A stretch of 64,000 bases of DNA from the human T2T-CHM13v2.0 reference genome, Homo sapiens (GCF_009914755.1 NC_060947.1), one strand, 5' to 3'; positions 1-11,929 are shown, numbered from the stretch's first letter. Numbers and translations are program-made. The notes: a model not told the origin generated them from the sequence alone.

Positions 1-237
1 GGGCTAAATGAGCAGCTTGGTTTGGGCTGATATGGTTGGAAGCAAAGCAGGGATTGGTGGGGTGAGTGAGGAGCGGCCTCTTCCAGGTCAGCCTGTCCTC
101 ATCTGTGGCCAAGAGGTGACCTGGGGTGCACTTGGGCTCTTCTACTCTGTGGGAGTAGGGGAGGAGGCAGGTTGACTAAGGGGCAGATGGCTGGAAGGGC
201 AGGGGGCACTAAGGGAACTGCCTGTGTCTCCCCCTAG

Positions 238-288
238 GTGAATGGCAGTGATGGCATGTTCAAATATGAGGAAATCGTACTTGAGAGG
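238..288 (+). CDS. DLG3: DLG3 exon 2 (VNGSDGMFKYEEIVLER), start of PDZ1
   Basis: ccctag|GTG ... AGG|gtgagt; 51 nt, phase 0-0. Confidence 0.96.
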
Positions 289-683
289 GTGAGTCTGCCA
301 GTGGGGAAAAGCGGAAAGGGAAGGAGAGGGTTGGAGCCAGGATAAGGGAGACCCCTGAATCATGGTTTCAAGACCCATGGGGGGACCTGCATTTAGAGGA
401 TGGTGAAACAGCGGCCCTCAGAGGCTGCTTCACTGCATCAATCAATCAACCCACTAACAAATATTAACTGACCTTGCTCACTGAGGCCTGGGGAATTGGG
501 GAGGGGATGGGTTTCCCAAAATGATCAGCAGAGGCTGGGTGTCTGACAAATGTGCCCAGCCTGCCATGGCCCCTTCTGAGGCCTGGAGAACTAGCTCTGG
601 GATATAAGGGGAGATGAGGTACCCAGAACTCTCCTTTGTGCCCTCAGAGTGAACAGACTGTGCCTTTCCACCCACTTCTGCAG

Positions 684-808
684 GGCAACTCTGGCCTGGG
701 CTTCAGTATCGCAGGTGGCATCGACAATCCCCATGTCCCTGATGACCCTGGCATCTTTATTACCAAGATTATCCCTGGTGGAGCAGCTGCCATGGATGGG
801 AGGCTGGG
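684..808 (+). CDS. DLG3: DLG3 exon 3 ([42 protein letters not shown]), PDZ1
   Basis: ctgcag|GGC ... GG|gtgaga; 125 nt; GLGF motif. Confidence 0.97.
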
Positions 809-1014
809 GTGAGATGGCCTGGAAGCAGGGTTGTGGGTGGCAGGGACAGGATCGAGATGAGGGGAGGAAAGCCTGCCTGGCAGGATGACCCTTCCATTAG
901 ATCTGAGGGCGGGGTGGGAGGGCAGAGGAGGGGAGGACAGAGAAGTGGGAGGAAGCAGGAGAGGGGGTGGAGGGGTAGGGGCACAGTGTCATGCCTCTCG
1001 GGCTTCCCCCACAG

Positions 1015-1184
1015 GGTGAATGACTGTGTGCTGCGGGTGAATGAGGTGGACGTGTCGGAGGTGGTACACAGCCGGGCGGTGGAGGCGCTGAAGGAGGCAG
1101 GCCCTGTGGTGCGATTGGTGGTGCGGAGGCGACAGCCTCCACCCGAGACCATCATGGAGGTCAACCTGCTCAAAGGGCCCAAAG
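1015..1184 (+). CDS. DLG3: DLG3 exon 4 ([11 protein letters not shown]...EVNLLKGPK), end of PDZ1 and start of PDZ2
   Basis: ccacag|G ... AAAG|gtgcgg; 170 nt; lies within ORF 809..1225. Confidence 0.97.
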
Positions 1185-1493
1185 GTGCGGCCCTCCAGGT
1201 TCCTGTGCTCCAGCCAGAGCCTTAGGCCCCAGATCCCATCTTGCCCCATAGGGAATTGGAAGGGAATGGCCTTACTCCTTGCCTGACTCCCCCTGTTCCA
1301 ACTCACAGCCTACTTTTTTGACCTCAGGCCTCACCCTTACTCATCTCAGGATGGCAGCTTAGCGTTTGGATCCCCCGGGGGGAGCTCCTGTGGGGCCAGT
1401 GGGTTGGCTGGGGGAGGGGGTTTGGATTTGGGATCGACAACACTTTAACCTCTCCTTGTGGCCCTCTCCCACCTCCTGCTGGCTCCCGCTCAG

Positions 1494-1630
1494 GCCTGGG
1501 TTTCAGCATTGCTGGGGGTATTGGCAACCAGCACATCCCAGGAGACAACAGCATCTACATCACCAAGATCATTGAGGGGGGTGCTGCTCAGAAGGATGGA
1601 CGCCTACAGATTGGGGACCGGCTGCTGGCG
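1494..1630 (+). CDS. DLG3: DLG3 exon 5 ([46 protein letters not shown]), PDZ2
   Basis: gctcag|GC ... GCG|gtgaga; 137 nt. Confidence 0.97.
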
Positions 1631-1963
1631 GTGAGACAGACTTCATGGGGATGCCCAAATGGTAGGGTAGGGAGGAGGAGCTCCAGTACCCCTTACTCCG
1701 CCTAAACCTCACTCAGGGATGAGGCATCATGGGGGAATTTCAAGAGTTATCATCTGTGTTGTGTTTGCCCAGATACAAAGGCCCTAATTCTTTCTGTGGC
1801 CAGGGTCTTGCCCTATCCCCTACCTCCTGCCTCTGCTCCTCACAGCACTATACTTGGGCCTTTGTTAGCATGCTGTTGAATTTCACTGAAAAGGCATCCC
1901 TCGAGTTCCCTGGAGAAGCCTCTCCTTCTTCCAAGTCCCAGCCTGAGGCCTCTCCTCTTCTAG

Positions 1964-2108
1964 GTGAACAACACCAATCTGCAGGATGTGAGGCACGAGG
2001 AAGCTGTGGCCTCACTGAAGAACACATCTGATATGGTGTATTTGAAGGTGGCCAAGCCAGGCAGCCTCCACCTCAACGACATGTACGCTCCCCCTGACTA
2101 CGCCAGCA
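1964..2108 (+). CDS. DLG3: DLG3 exon 6 ([48 protein letters not shown]), end of PDZ2 and PPxY motif
   Basis: ttctag|GTG ... GCA|gtacgt; 145 nt; frame continues correctly into exon 7. Confidence 0.95.
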
Positions 2109-2203
2109 GTACGTACTCATCAGCCCCTGTCCCTGGTCTAAAGCTCTGTCCCCTGGTTTCTGGAGGGGAAGAAGTTCATACCCTTTGTTAAGAGAGGGCA
2201 AGC

Positions 2204-2351
2204 AGCTTTGCTCAGTGGTGGCACTGTAGCAGCCAATAAGGTTTATCTGAGGCGCCATTATTGCTAATTGAAAACTTTGCTCAGTACCCCATCGTGAAGA
2301 CTTGCCATAGAGTCAGCATTGGCAATTTTTGACAATTTCTATGGAGAGTGA
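2204..2351 (+). pseudogene. U4 snRNA retropseudogene (RNU4-like), essentially full length, in DLG3 intron 6
   Basis: AGCTTTGCTCAGTGG...AGCCAATAAGGTTTATCTGAGGCGCCATTATTGCTAATTGAAAACTTT...CATTGGCAATTTTTGACA...TATGGAGAGTGA is collinear with U4 snRNA, including the Sm site AATTTTTG (2324-2331); many substitutions, short A-run after, no snRNA promoter recognised. Confidence 0.93.
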
Positions 2352-2358
2352 ATTTTAA

Positions 2359-2922
<564 letters not shown>

Positions 2923-3191
2923 AGTCACACCTCTAGTCATGCCTTTCTTTGTAGACTGCCTTGACTTCAGCTCTTTCTAAGACTCACAGGAGTGAGCCAA
3001 GGATTTAGAAAGGGACTGCGGAGGAGGAACCCTGGGTGGCGGGTGGATGGAGTGGGGAGGTGCGGCCTGAGGAATCAGCATCCCTTGGTCTCTTTTGCAT
3101 CTGAAGTGGGGTGTGGGGGAAAGTCCTTGAGGAGTTTGGGGTACCTCCCTGGACCAGTCTCTGAACTTTTCTCTCCCTTTCTTGATTCCAG

Positions 3192-3351
3192 CTTTTACTG
3201 CCTTGGCTGACAACCACATAAGCCATAATTCCAGCCTGGGTTATCTCGGGGCTGTGGAGAGCAAGGTCAGCTACCCTGCTCCTCCTCAGGTTCCCCCCAC
3301 CCGCTACTCTCCTATTCCCAGGCACATGCTGGCTGAGGAGGACTTCACCAG
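3192..3351 (+). CDS. DLG3: DLG3 exon 7 (TFTALADNHISHNSSLGYLGAVESKVSYPAPPQVPPTRYSPIPRHMLAEEDFTR), PDZ2-PDZ3 linker
   Basis: ttccag|CT ... CAG|gtaaga; 160 nt. Confidence 0.96.
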
Positions 3352-3699
3352 GTAAGACCCCGCCCCCAACATCCCATTCAATCTACCCAGAAATTGGGGA
3401 GGGGAGGAATCCGTTTCTGGCCGGCCACAGGCTCCTTGTAGTATGGCAAAGAAGAGGATAAGGCCCTCATCACTCCCGGCTTTGGGGTCCGAGGCCCTCT
3501 CTCAGGCCTTGGGGACCTAGAGAGGGACAGAAGTGGCTGCAGGGACAAGCTCTACCATCAGGGGGAGTGCCGAGTGAGTGGCCCCGGTCCAAAAGTGCAG
3601 ATAAAGAAAGGATGGGGTGGAGCGTTTAGGGGGCTGAGGAGGCGAGGGCAGCGGAGTTTCCTGCCCTGAGATAGTTGCAGCCCGCTCTGCTGCAACCAT

Positions 3700-4250
3700 T
3701 TCAAATTAGAGAAGAAAGCAGTTCAGCCGGTGGGGCTGGCGGGACTCTGACCGGCCCGGTGGCCTCGCCGGCAACGGCCCCGCCCCGCTGGCGGCAGCGG
3801 CGGCGGCAGCGGCTGCGCGGGGCCTGGAACTGGTCGGGCCGGCTGGGGTTCCGGGGGACAGGTTTGCAGGGTGGGGCCCGAGAGGCTGGCGGGCAGGCAG
3901 CAGTGGAGCCGGAAGGGTAGGCAGCCAGGGGAGAGACAGAGGAGCTATGGAGAGGGCCCGCAAGTTCTCGGGCTCCGGCTTGGCCATGGGCTTGGGCTCC
4001 GCCTCCGCTTCGGCCTGGAGGAGGGCTTCGCAGAGGTGGGCCTGGCCGCTCCGCTCCCTGCGGCCCGGAGGGGATGCCAGGTAGGAGTGGAGGGCTAGGA
4101 GCAAGAGCATCCGGGACTCAGGGAGGGAGCCTCGCCCCTGAGACTGGGAGCAAGAAAGGAAGAGTCTTGCGTGGGGCTTTGGGCTCCTCCGAGGAAAGAT
4201 GCTTGTAACAAGTGAAGGCGGTGGGCCGGGAACGTGCCCTGGGAGTTGGG
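3700..4250. promoter_or_regulatory. Intragenic CpG-rich region; putative internal promoter of a short DLG3 isoform
   Basis: High GC and CpG density, GC-box-like gccccgcccc, imperfect (GCG/GCA)n at ~3790-3815, directly upstream of an ATG-bearing exon. Confidence 0.75.
3947..4080 (+). CDS. DLG3: DLG3 alternative first coding exon (MERARKFSGSGLAMGLGSASASAWRRASQRWAWPLRSLRPGGDA-R), giving a PDZ3-SH3-GK isoform
   Basis: gctATGG in good Kozak context; 134 nt ending CAG|gtagga in phase 2, the same phase as the exon 7 donor, so it splices in frame to exon 8; matches my recollection of the short human isoform's N-terminus. Confidence 0.88.
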
Positions 4251-4961
4251 CGGATGACACTGTGACCTTTTACAGAGGGCTTCCTTAGATGTGGTTAGTT
4301 TTATTCGCATTTCTCATGTGCTTGTCTGCTCTCTTCAGTTTGGATTCTAAACTCCTTTTGGGGACCTGGGATCCCCCTAAGAACCCAGGCGCTGCAACCC
4401 CCTGGGGCTACATAGTGTTAGCTGCTGATTAAATATGTTGTTGGGGCAGCAGGTAGGAGGGGTCATAGTTGATGGGTGAGATTTTGAGACTGCAGAAGAG
4501 TGTCTGTGAAGTAAGTGTGCACATCCTGTGGATGATGAGTGCAGTCAACCCCAGGGTGACTCCACTGCCCCTAACTGCTTCCTCTTCTTGTGGTCCAGGG
4601 TCCATCACACGGGTTGGTAGGATAGGAGAATCTGGGAAGGAAGAGGACCAGTGAGTGGGCCTGAGATTTGGTCTCTGGAGTTCAGGGTAGGGATTTGTTC
4701 ACCCGAGAGAGTAGGGGACTGTCCACTGGGAAGTTGACTGCAAGCCCTCGGGAAGAAGGGAGGGAAGAGGAACTGAAACTTGGCACCTGACAGAACAGCA
4801 GCCAAGCAGGTTTCAGGAGACAAAGGGAGGCTCAGGGTATCATACATAGGGAACCACGTCCTTACTCCCTACAGCAAGTATGGACCTTGTTCCAGGCTGG
4901 CCCTCAAAGGACAACAGTCCATATCTACCTAGTCCTGACTCCTCCACTCCTTTCCCACCAG

Positions 4962-5118
4962 AGAGCCTCGCAAGATCATCCTGCACAAAGGCTCCACAGG
5001 CCTGGGCTTCAACATCGTAGGAGGAGAGGATGGAGAAGGCATTTTTGTCTCCTTCATCCTGGCAGGAGGCCCAGCTGACCTGAGTGGGGAGCTGCGCAGG
5101 GGAGACCGGATCTTATCG
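4962..5118 (+). CDS. DLG3: DLG3 exon 8 ([52 protein letters not shown]), PDZ3
   Basis: caccag|A ... TCG|gtgagg; 157 nt; GLGF motif. Confidence 0.97.
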
Positions 5119-5538
5119 GTGAGGAGACAAAGGAGAGGTGGGAGGATGGGAACTGTGCCAGTCTAAAATGGAGAGCGAGAGACCTTACTTCCTCCGAGGA
5201 ATGCTTCTTGAGATGAAGGGAGGGCTAAGGACTGGAGAAAACTTCTCTTGTTTTTATAGACATCCTTAGTGACAGGGACCGGGACCAGACTTATCTTTGA
5301 AGAGGAAATGAATGCCTATTGGATCTTAACCCTGATTGGCATTTGACCTTTATGAAGATAATTGTTACACTAGAGATGTCGTATCCTTTAGGCCTTGTTT
5401 TAGGGGCAAGGTTGGAATATTGGGAAAGGCATCTAAACAGGCTTAGGGGTGGGGTACCCATCTCCCTCTCCTAACTGCTAATGCAGAGGACCCTCTTTCT
5501 TGCTTTTGGGGTGGCTCACAGCTTCTCTCTTTGGACAG

Positions 5539-5641
5539 GTGAATGGAGTGAATCTGAGGAATGCAACTCATGAGCAGGCTGCAGCTGCTCTGAAACGGGC
5601 CGGCCAGTCAGTCACCATTGTGGCCCAGTACAGACCTGAAG
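5539..5641 (+). CDS. DLG3: DLG3 exon 9 ([34 protein letters not shown]), end of PDZ3
   Basis: ggacag|GTG ... GAAG|gtagga; 103 nt. Confidence 0.97.
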
Positions 5642-6199
5642 GTAGGAGAAGGGAAGGTGGGAAGAGATGATGTGGGGGAGTTAGACTTATATTATGTGTT
5701 GGCTTTTTGCCATCCTAGGTAACAAAGCCACTTGACCAGGTCCCTTCTACCTAGAGCAGTAACCTCTTCCTCTCTCCTTTTCCTGCTGGGTAGGGGTTGG
5801 TTTGGGCGGCTTGAAAGCATCAATTAAGGCTGTGCTCAGAGCCTGCTGATGTGGGCTGCAGTGCAGGAGAAGGCCAGTAGTGGGCAGCAGCCTACTGGAA
5901 GCAGCATCCAAAGATTAGGGCGACTGGAAAAAGGGGAGGGGGCGGAGGGCCCACAGGAGAAGACTGGGAACTGTGTGCCCTGGAAGAGGAGAGCAGCTCT
6001 TGGTTAGAAGGACCTCAGGTAGAAGAGATCCGACCTCTTAAGAGATCTTGGGCCAAACCTCTGTGACCCCCACTCCCCTCCCCTCATCAAGATGACCGTG
6101 AAAGACCCATAAACGCGCTGAAAAGGTGATACTATGCCCTTGGGATAGGCCAACTGGAGTCGACTCCCTCCCCTCCGGGGGGCCTTCTTTGTATTCTCA

Positions 6200-7300
6200 G
6201 TGAGCAGTCCTTGGCTGGGGCGAATGGGCGGGGCTGGTCATGCAAATAAAGGCGTTTGATTGGCTGGGGCCAACCGAGGCCCAGGTGCCGAGGTGAGCCG
6301 CGGGAAGGCGCGCCCTAGCCTGCGGGCCAGTGGAGTGGCCATTGGCCGGCTGAGGGCGGCCTCCAGCCGCATGCCCCGCCCCCTGACCCAGGAGGAGGGC
6401 GGCAGGCGCCCCTCCTTCCCCCCATCGCGCGCCTCAGGCGTCTCCTCCTCCTCCCTCCTTCCCCCTCCTCTCTCCTCCCCTCCTCCCGCGCGCCCCGCTT
6501 TGTGTCCGTGGTCTCCCGCGCGGGACGGAGGGACTGGCCGGAGCTGGCGCTTTCTCAGCACTAGATCTGGACTCCGACCCGGCGCCAGGTGAGGTGGGGC
6601 GGACGGGGGTCAGGCCCCCTCGCAGTCCCCCCTAACCTCTCTACGGCTCTGTTCTCAGCCTCTTTTCCAACACTGCGTGCCCCAATTCTGCCCTCTCCCT
6701 CGAATGCCTTCGTTGCGTGCCCCCAGGCTCCTTCTGAGACCCTCCTCAGGGCCCCTCGGAGCGCCGCGCGGGGCTCAGCGCCCCCTCACCCTACACTGGG
6801 CCCAGTCTGGCCTTCACCTCTTAGCCATCACCTCTCCCCCACAGCGAGCTGTGCCCCCTTCTCACCCCAGGGCCTCTGTCCTGCCTCAGCCCCCTTCCTG
6901 CTGGCTGCTGCGCCCCCAAGCAGCTCCCTAATCCCTTGCCCTAGAGGAATTTTCTAAATCTTCCCCTCCCCCGACACCCATTTCTCCACCCAACCTGTCC
7001 ACCTCTGAGAACAGCCGCGACCGGCTTGGTATTCTGCCCCCTCCCTTTTGTTTGCAAGGGATTCGTACCATTCCCGACTTCTTTCGCCTCCTCCTCCCCT
7101 TTGTCCCCTAGGGCTGCAGCGCCTGGGCTCCTGGGACACCTAGGCCCTGTGGGCCGATTACTAAGGTGGAAGGGACCGACCTCTCCCTGGCAGGTGCTCT
7201 ATTTCCGCGATGAGAGGGGGAGAGGCTGGGAGCCCCGTCGCCAAGCCGAAAGGGATGGAAAGCGCCTACCTTTGTCCTTTCCGTTCCCCTCCCCCCATGC
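6200..7300. promoter_or_regulatory. Second intragenic CpG island/promoter with GC box, octamer and two inverted CCAAT boxes
   Basis: GGGCGGGGC 6226-6234, ATGCAAAT 6240-6247, ATTGG 6259-6263 and 6341-6345, dense CpG. Confidence 0.8.
6380..6588 (+). other. DLG3: Probable non-coding alternative first exon of DLG3 (SH3-GK-only isoform starting at MMNSSM in exon 10); 5' end uncertain
   Basis: Strong donor CAG|gtgagg at 6588/6589 just downstream of the promoter motifs; next annotated-type acceptor is exon 10, whose first in-frame ATG is at 30498. Confidence 0.6.
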
Positions 7301-8753
7301 TCCTTCAGTGCCTCAAGATCCTGAAGGGAAAGAAGAGAGAGCCTGCGACCTTTTCCACGAGGCTCTTCTGATCGAGGACAGAAGTGCAGGGAGGTAACTC
7401 ACAGGAGAGAGAGCTTGTTGGTCTGAGGTAATGAGAAAGAGGGATGCAAATGGACACTTTGAGTCATTTCTCTCCTTGTTTGGTTTTCAGCTTACTGATC
7501 AGGAACGCACCTTAGGGATATTGTTTTTTTATGATTTATGTGTGTGCTGTTCGCTTTCCAGTACAGAGCTAACCGTCTGATTTTTATTAGCAACTAATAT
7601 TTGTGCATTTCATGCCCACAACTTAGACAACACAGGTTCTGCAAAGGAAATGGTTTTTCTTGCGTATTTGTGTGTGTATGTTGTAGGAGAAATTGATGTT
7701 TCTTTCGGTTTTGCTCTCTGATGTTGGGCACATGGAAACAATACTGTGAATTGTGTGTGGTGGGGGTATGCTGGATACTAGTGACTACATATTTCTATGA
7801 CTTGTTAGGGGAATGCAACTGGCTTGCATAAAAAGCTGCAGGTTGTCCAGGGTAAGGGGATTCCTGCAGTGTTTATTGCTCTCTGAGCATATTTCTGAGA
7901 GTTTATAATGTAGGTTGAGGTGCTGTTTTATGCTAGTTCTTTCTACTACTTGCCAAATAAGGCCTTTCTTCTCTTAGGATTTAGGTGAACCACTGTTGTT
8001 AAGGCTCTGCCACCCCAATCAATCTTACTTCCTCCTTTGGTTTGGTAAATCCAGCAAGTCCCCAACATGCAAAAGCTTTTTTTTTTTTCCCCTTTTGAAA
8101 ACAGATCCCTGGAGACTGGTCCAGAGGGACTGTCAAGCATTCTGTGTTGGGCTCTAAATTTTCTTTGGTAAAGTGCTAGTTTTTAAAAATAAGGACTCCA
8201 TGTTGATCAATTTATAAATAAGTGTGGTTCTTCAGAGGATTACATCACGGTGGGTATTTACAAAATGAATAATCCAAATACATGTATGTTGGTTGGCAAG
8301 AGACCTTGCATGTGATTGGCCAAGTAAGTGTTCATTACTTGAATTTTTTTTTCTTCACGTGAATGTGAGAGCTGGAAAGGATCAAGTGGTCCAATTCTTC
8401 ATTGTGCATACTGAAACAATGACAAGAGAGGCAAGATATAACTTGTCTAAGAAGGGAAAGTTGCTGAAGGTCAGCATCAGAGGGTCAGCAAATCAGCTTA
8501 ATCCTGAGGTCTACCAGTTGGGACAGACCATGCTTGTGAACACCTGAGGGACCTAACACCTAGTTAAAAGTGGAGGAGCAACAGGAAGGATACTGGGGAA
8601 TTAACAGAGGACAGACTAGGAAGAGTGTAAGGGAAAGAAAGATGGATGTGGAGGGGAAGGTTAGAGTGATCTCCATGGTGGCCTCTGAGGCACCTTTGCC
8701 AAACCAGTGCAGCCTTTAGCATGAGAGATTTAAAAAATAGGTTTGACTAATAG

Positions 8754-9625
<872 letters not shown>

Positions 9626-9774
9626 GAACATTTTCCTTACCCCTCTTCTTTTAATACATAAAAGGTGTGCAAGCATTAGAAAGATGATGGGTTTAGGACA
9701 ATTGCTTCCTAATGTTCCTCCTCTGGATACTTAGAGGCTGGTGGCAACTTGAGAATGCTCTAACTGTGAGATTC

Positions 9775-9915
9775 TTTTTTTATTTGTTAATTTATTTGTA
9801 GAAACAGGGTCTCACTATATTGCCCAGGCTGGCCTCGAACTCCTGGCCCAAGTGATCCTCCCACCTCGACCTCCCAAAGCACTGGGATTACAGGCGTGAG
9901 CCATAATGCCCAGCC
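9775..9915 (-). mobile_element. FLAM / Alu left-arm monomer
   Basis: gtagaaacagggtctcactatattgcccaggctgg...gcccagcc, flanked by agattcttt direct repeats. Confidence 0.85.
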
Positions 9916-11039
9916 AAGATTCTTTCAAATACCTGGTTTGCTTAATGTGGGTTTAACCCATAATGAAGTATAGGAACTGTGTCTTTCTATTTGAACTTTG
10001 TATTGTGCCCAGCATGGGTGCTTTACAGGTGTTTTTATGATGAGGCTTTGGAAAATATTAAAATAGAAATAGAAATGCTAAATGATAAGATACCACAGTA
10101 AGAGATACTATTTAGTGGTTTCACTCCTGATTGCTCTAAACGGTTATGGACACAGCAATCCTACCTATTAGCTAAAAATAGCATGATGTTCTTGGACATG
10201 TATAATACTGCTTAAAATTCAATTGAAAATTTAAACAACTGGCTCTTGGCAAAGGCTCTCTTAAAATCTATTCTAAAATGAAAAATATTTTTCTGTGACT
10301 TGTGGAATTGTCCCACCAAGGGAAGGATGGGTTATGTGTTAGAACATTTTGAGATCTCCTACATTTTCCCCGTAGTGACTTTATATCAGCCTCTGTTTAT
10401 AAACTGATCTAGTATTTTTCTTGAAAGCCCTTTTGTTTTTAGAGTAGAAACTGATCTCAAAAACAGGAGGTGAGCCAGAAATTGGTCATTAAGGTAGCTT
10501 AACTGGGAAATGATCCTTTATGACCAGTCTTTTCGGGAATGTAAATCCAGGCAGGCTGGGGGTACAAGGAGTGAGAGAGAATGAGAGTATTTCTGTAAGT
10601 TATTTTAAGGTGCTGAATAAGCATACTTTTACCATGGAAACACCTTTGGGTAAGGCCTGGAAGAGTTAGAAATCAGTGGTGATAATAACTTGAAAGCATA
10701 AAAGGGATATTTTCCCCATAACATTTAAGTAACCATTCTATCTCCCCCTTTTTGAGAATGAAGGATGTAAATGTAACTGCTATCCTATCAGCATTGAAAG
10801 CACAAAGGTGAGAGTATACCAAGGCAGGGAGTCAAAGTTCTGAAATTCCCGTTGTCATCCTAAAAGAAGGCAAGGTAAGGAAGAAAGAAAATGATTTCCT
10901 ATCAGCAGCATTTGTACACTGTGAACAATTTGAAGGCAGCTAGTATTACATTTATCTTTGTGTCCCCAGCGTCTAGTATGGAGCCTGGCAAATAGTTTGT
11001 TGAATTATTATCTCTGTTTCAGATAACTTTTATAAGCAT

Positions 11040-11225
11040 TAATCTTCAGAATATCCCTGTGGATTAGGTGGCATTATCCCCATTTTACAAATGAGGAAAG
11101 TGAGGGTCAGAGTGGTTGAGTGACTTGCTCAGGGTCACACAAGTCTGTAAGGGACAGAATAAAAGTTTGAGTACAGATTTCTGGAGAACTTCTTTGAGTC
11201 CAGGGCTTTTGTCACCAGGCCACAA
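11040..11225 (-). mobile_element. MIR SINE
   Basis: attatccccattttacaaatgaggaaagtgagggtcagagtggttgagtgacttgctcagggtcacaca MIR core. Confidence 0.85.
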
Positions 11226-11327
11226 CTATCTCCCTACCCAGAGACATCTGGCTACAGCAGAAGATATCACTCTGAGACTCTTCAAGTGCCAGAAGCTGTC
11301 AACAAATGCAGTATAAATGAACTCCCA

Positions 11328-11642
<315 letters not shown>

Positions 11643-11929
11643 TCAGCTTTTTAGTCTTGATGACCATAAACAGGAAGAAGTAACTTGAGGGTAGATGGCC
11701 TGCTGGGAAGCCTGAGGGAGATCCCTTCTCAGGCAGAAGGAAAGTGGATTTAGGAAGACTACCAGGGAATGATACTGTTGGGGGAACCCCAGGAGGAGCC
11801 AAAAGATGGGAGTTGGTTTGCCTGACTTAATAGTAAACGTGTGCAGGCTTAAGGATATTAATGGAATAAGCAAGCATTCATTTTTTAATTCTTCAAGTGA
11901 AATGGAGTTGTATTTGTCATTCATTTTTT

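Larger units (their letters stand above)
4275..7300 (-). ncRNA. Possible antisense lncRNA (DLG3-AS1 region); boundaries uncertain
   Basis: Minus-strand AATAAA at 4300-4305 and a CpG island at ~6200-7300 that could drive it; the rest is recollection of an annotated antisense RNA and cannot be shown from sequence. Confidence 0.35.

Noticed and set aside
769-1306. Minus-strand and off-frame ORFs over exons 3-4
   Set aside because: Shadow ORFs of GC-rich DLG3 coding sequence with no independent signals
3706-4260. 184-aa minus-strand ORF with a poly-Ala stretch
   Set aside because: It starts at a non-ATG codon, and GC-rich island composition plus the GCG/GCA repeat explain its length; no recognisable domain
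6238-7397. Several Pro/Arg/Ser-rich ORFs of 60-123 aa in the second CpG island
   Set aside because: Stop-poor GC-rich sequence with low-complexity products; mostly non-ATG starts, and the ATG at 6371 is out of frame with exon 10
7385-7435. Donor-like sites GAG|gtaact and GAG|gtaatg downstream of the island
   Set aside because: They could mark another first exon, but nothing in the sequence distinguishes them from chance matches
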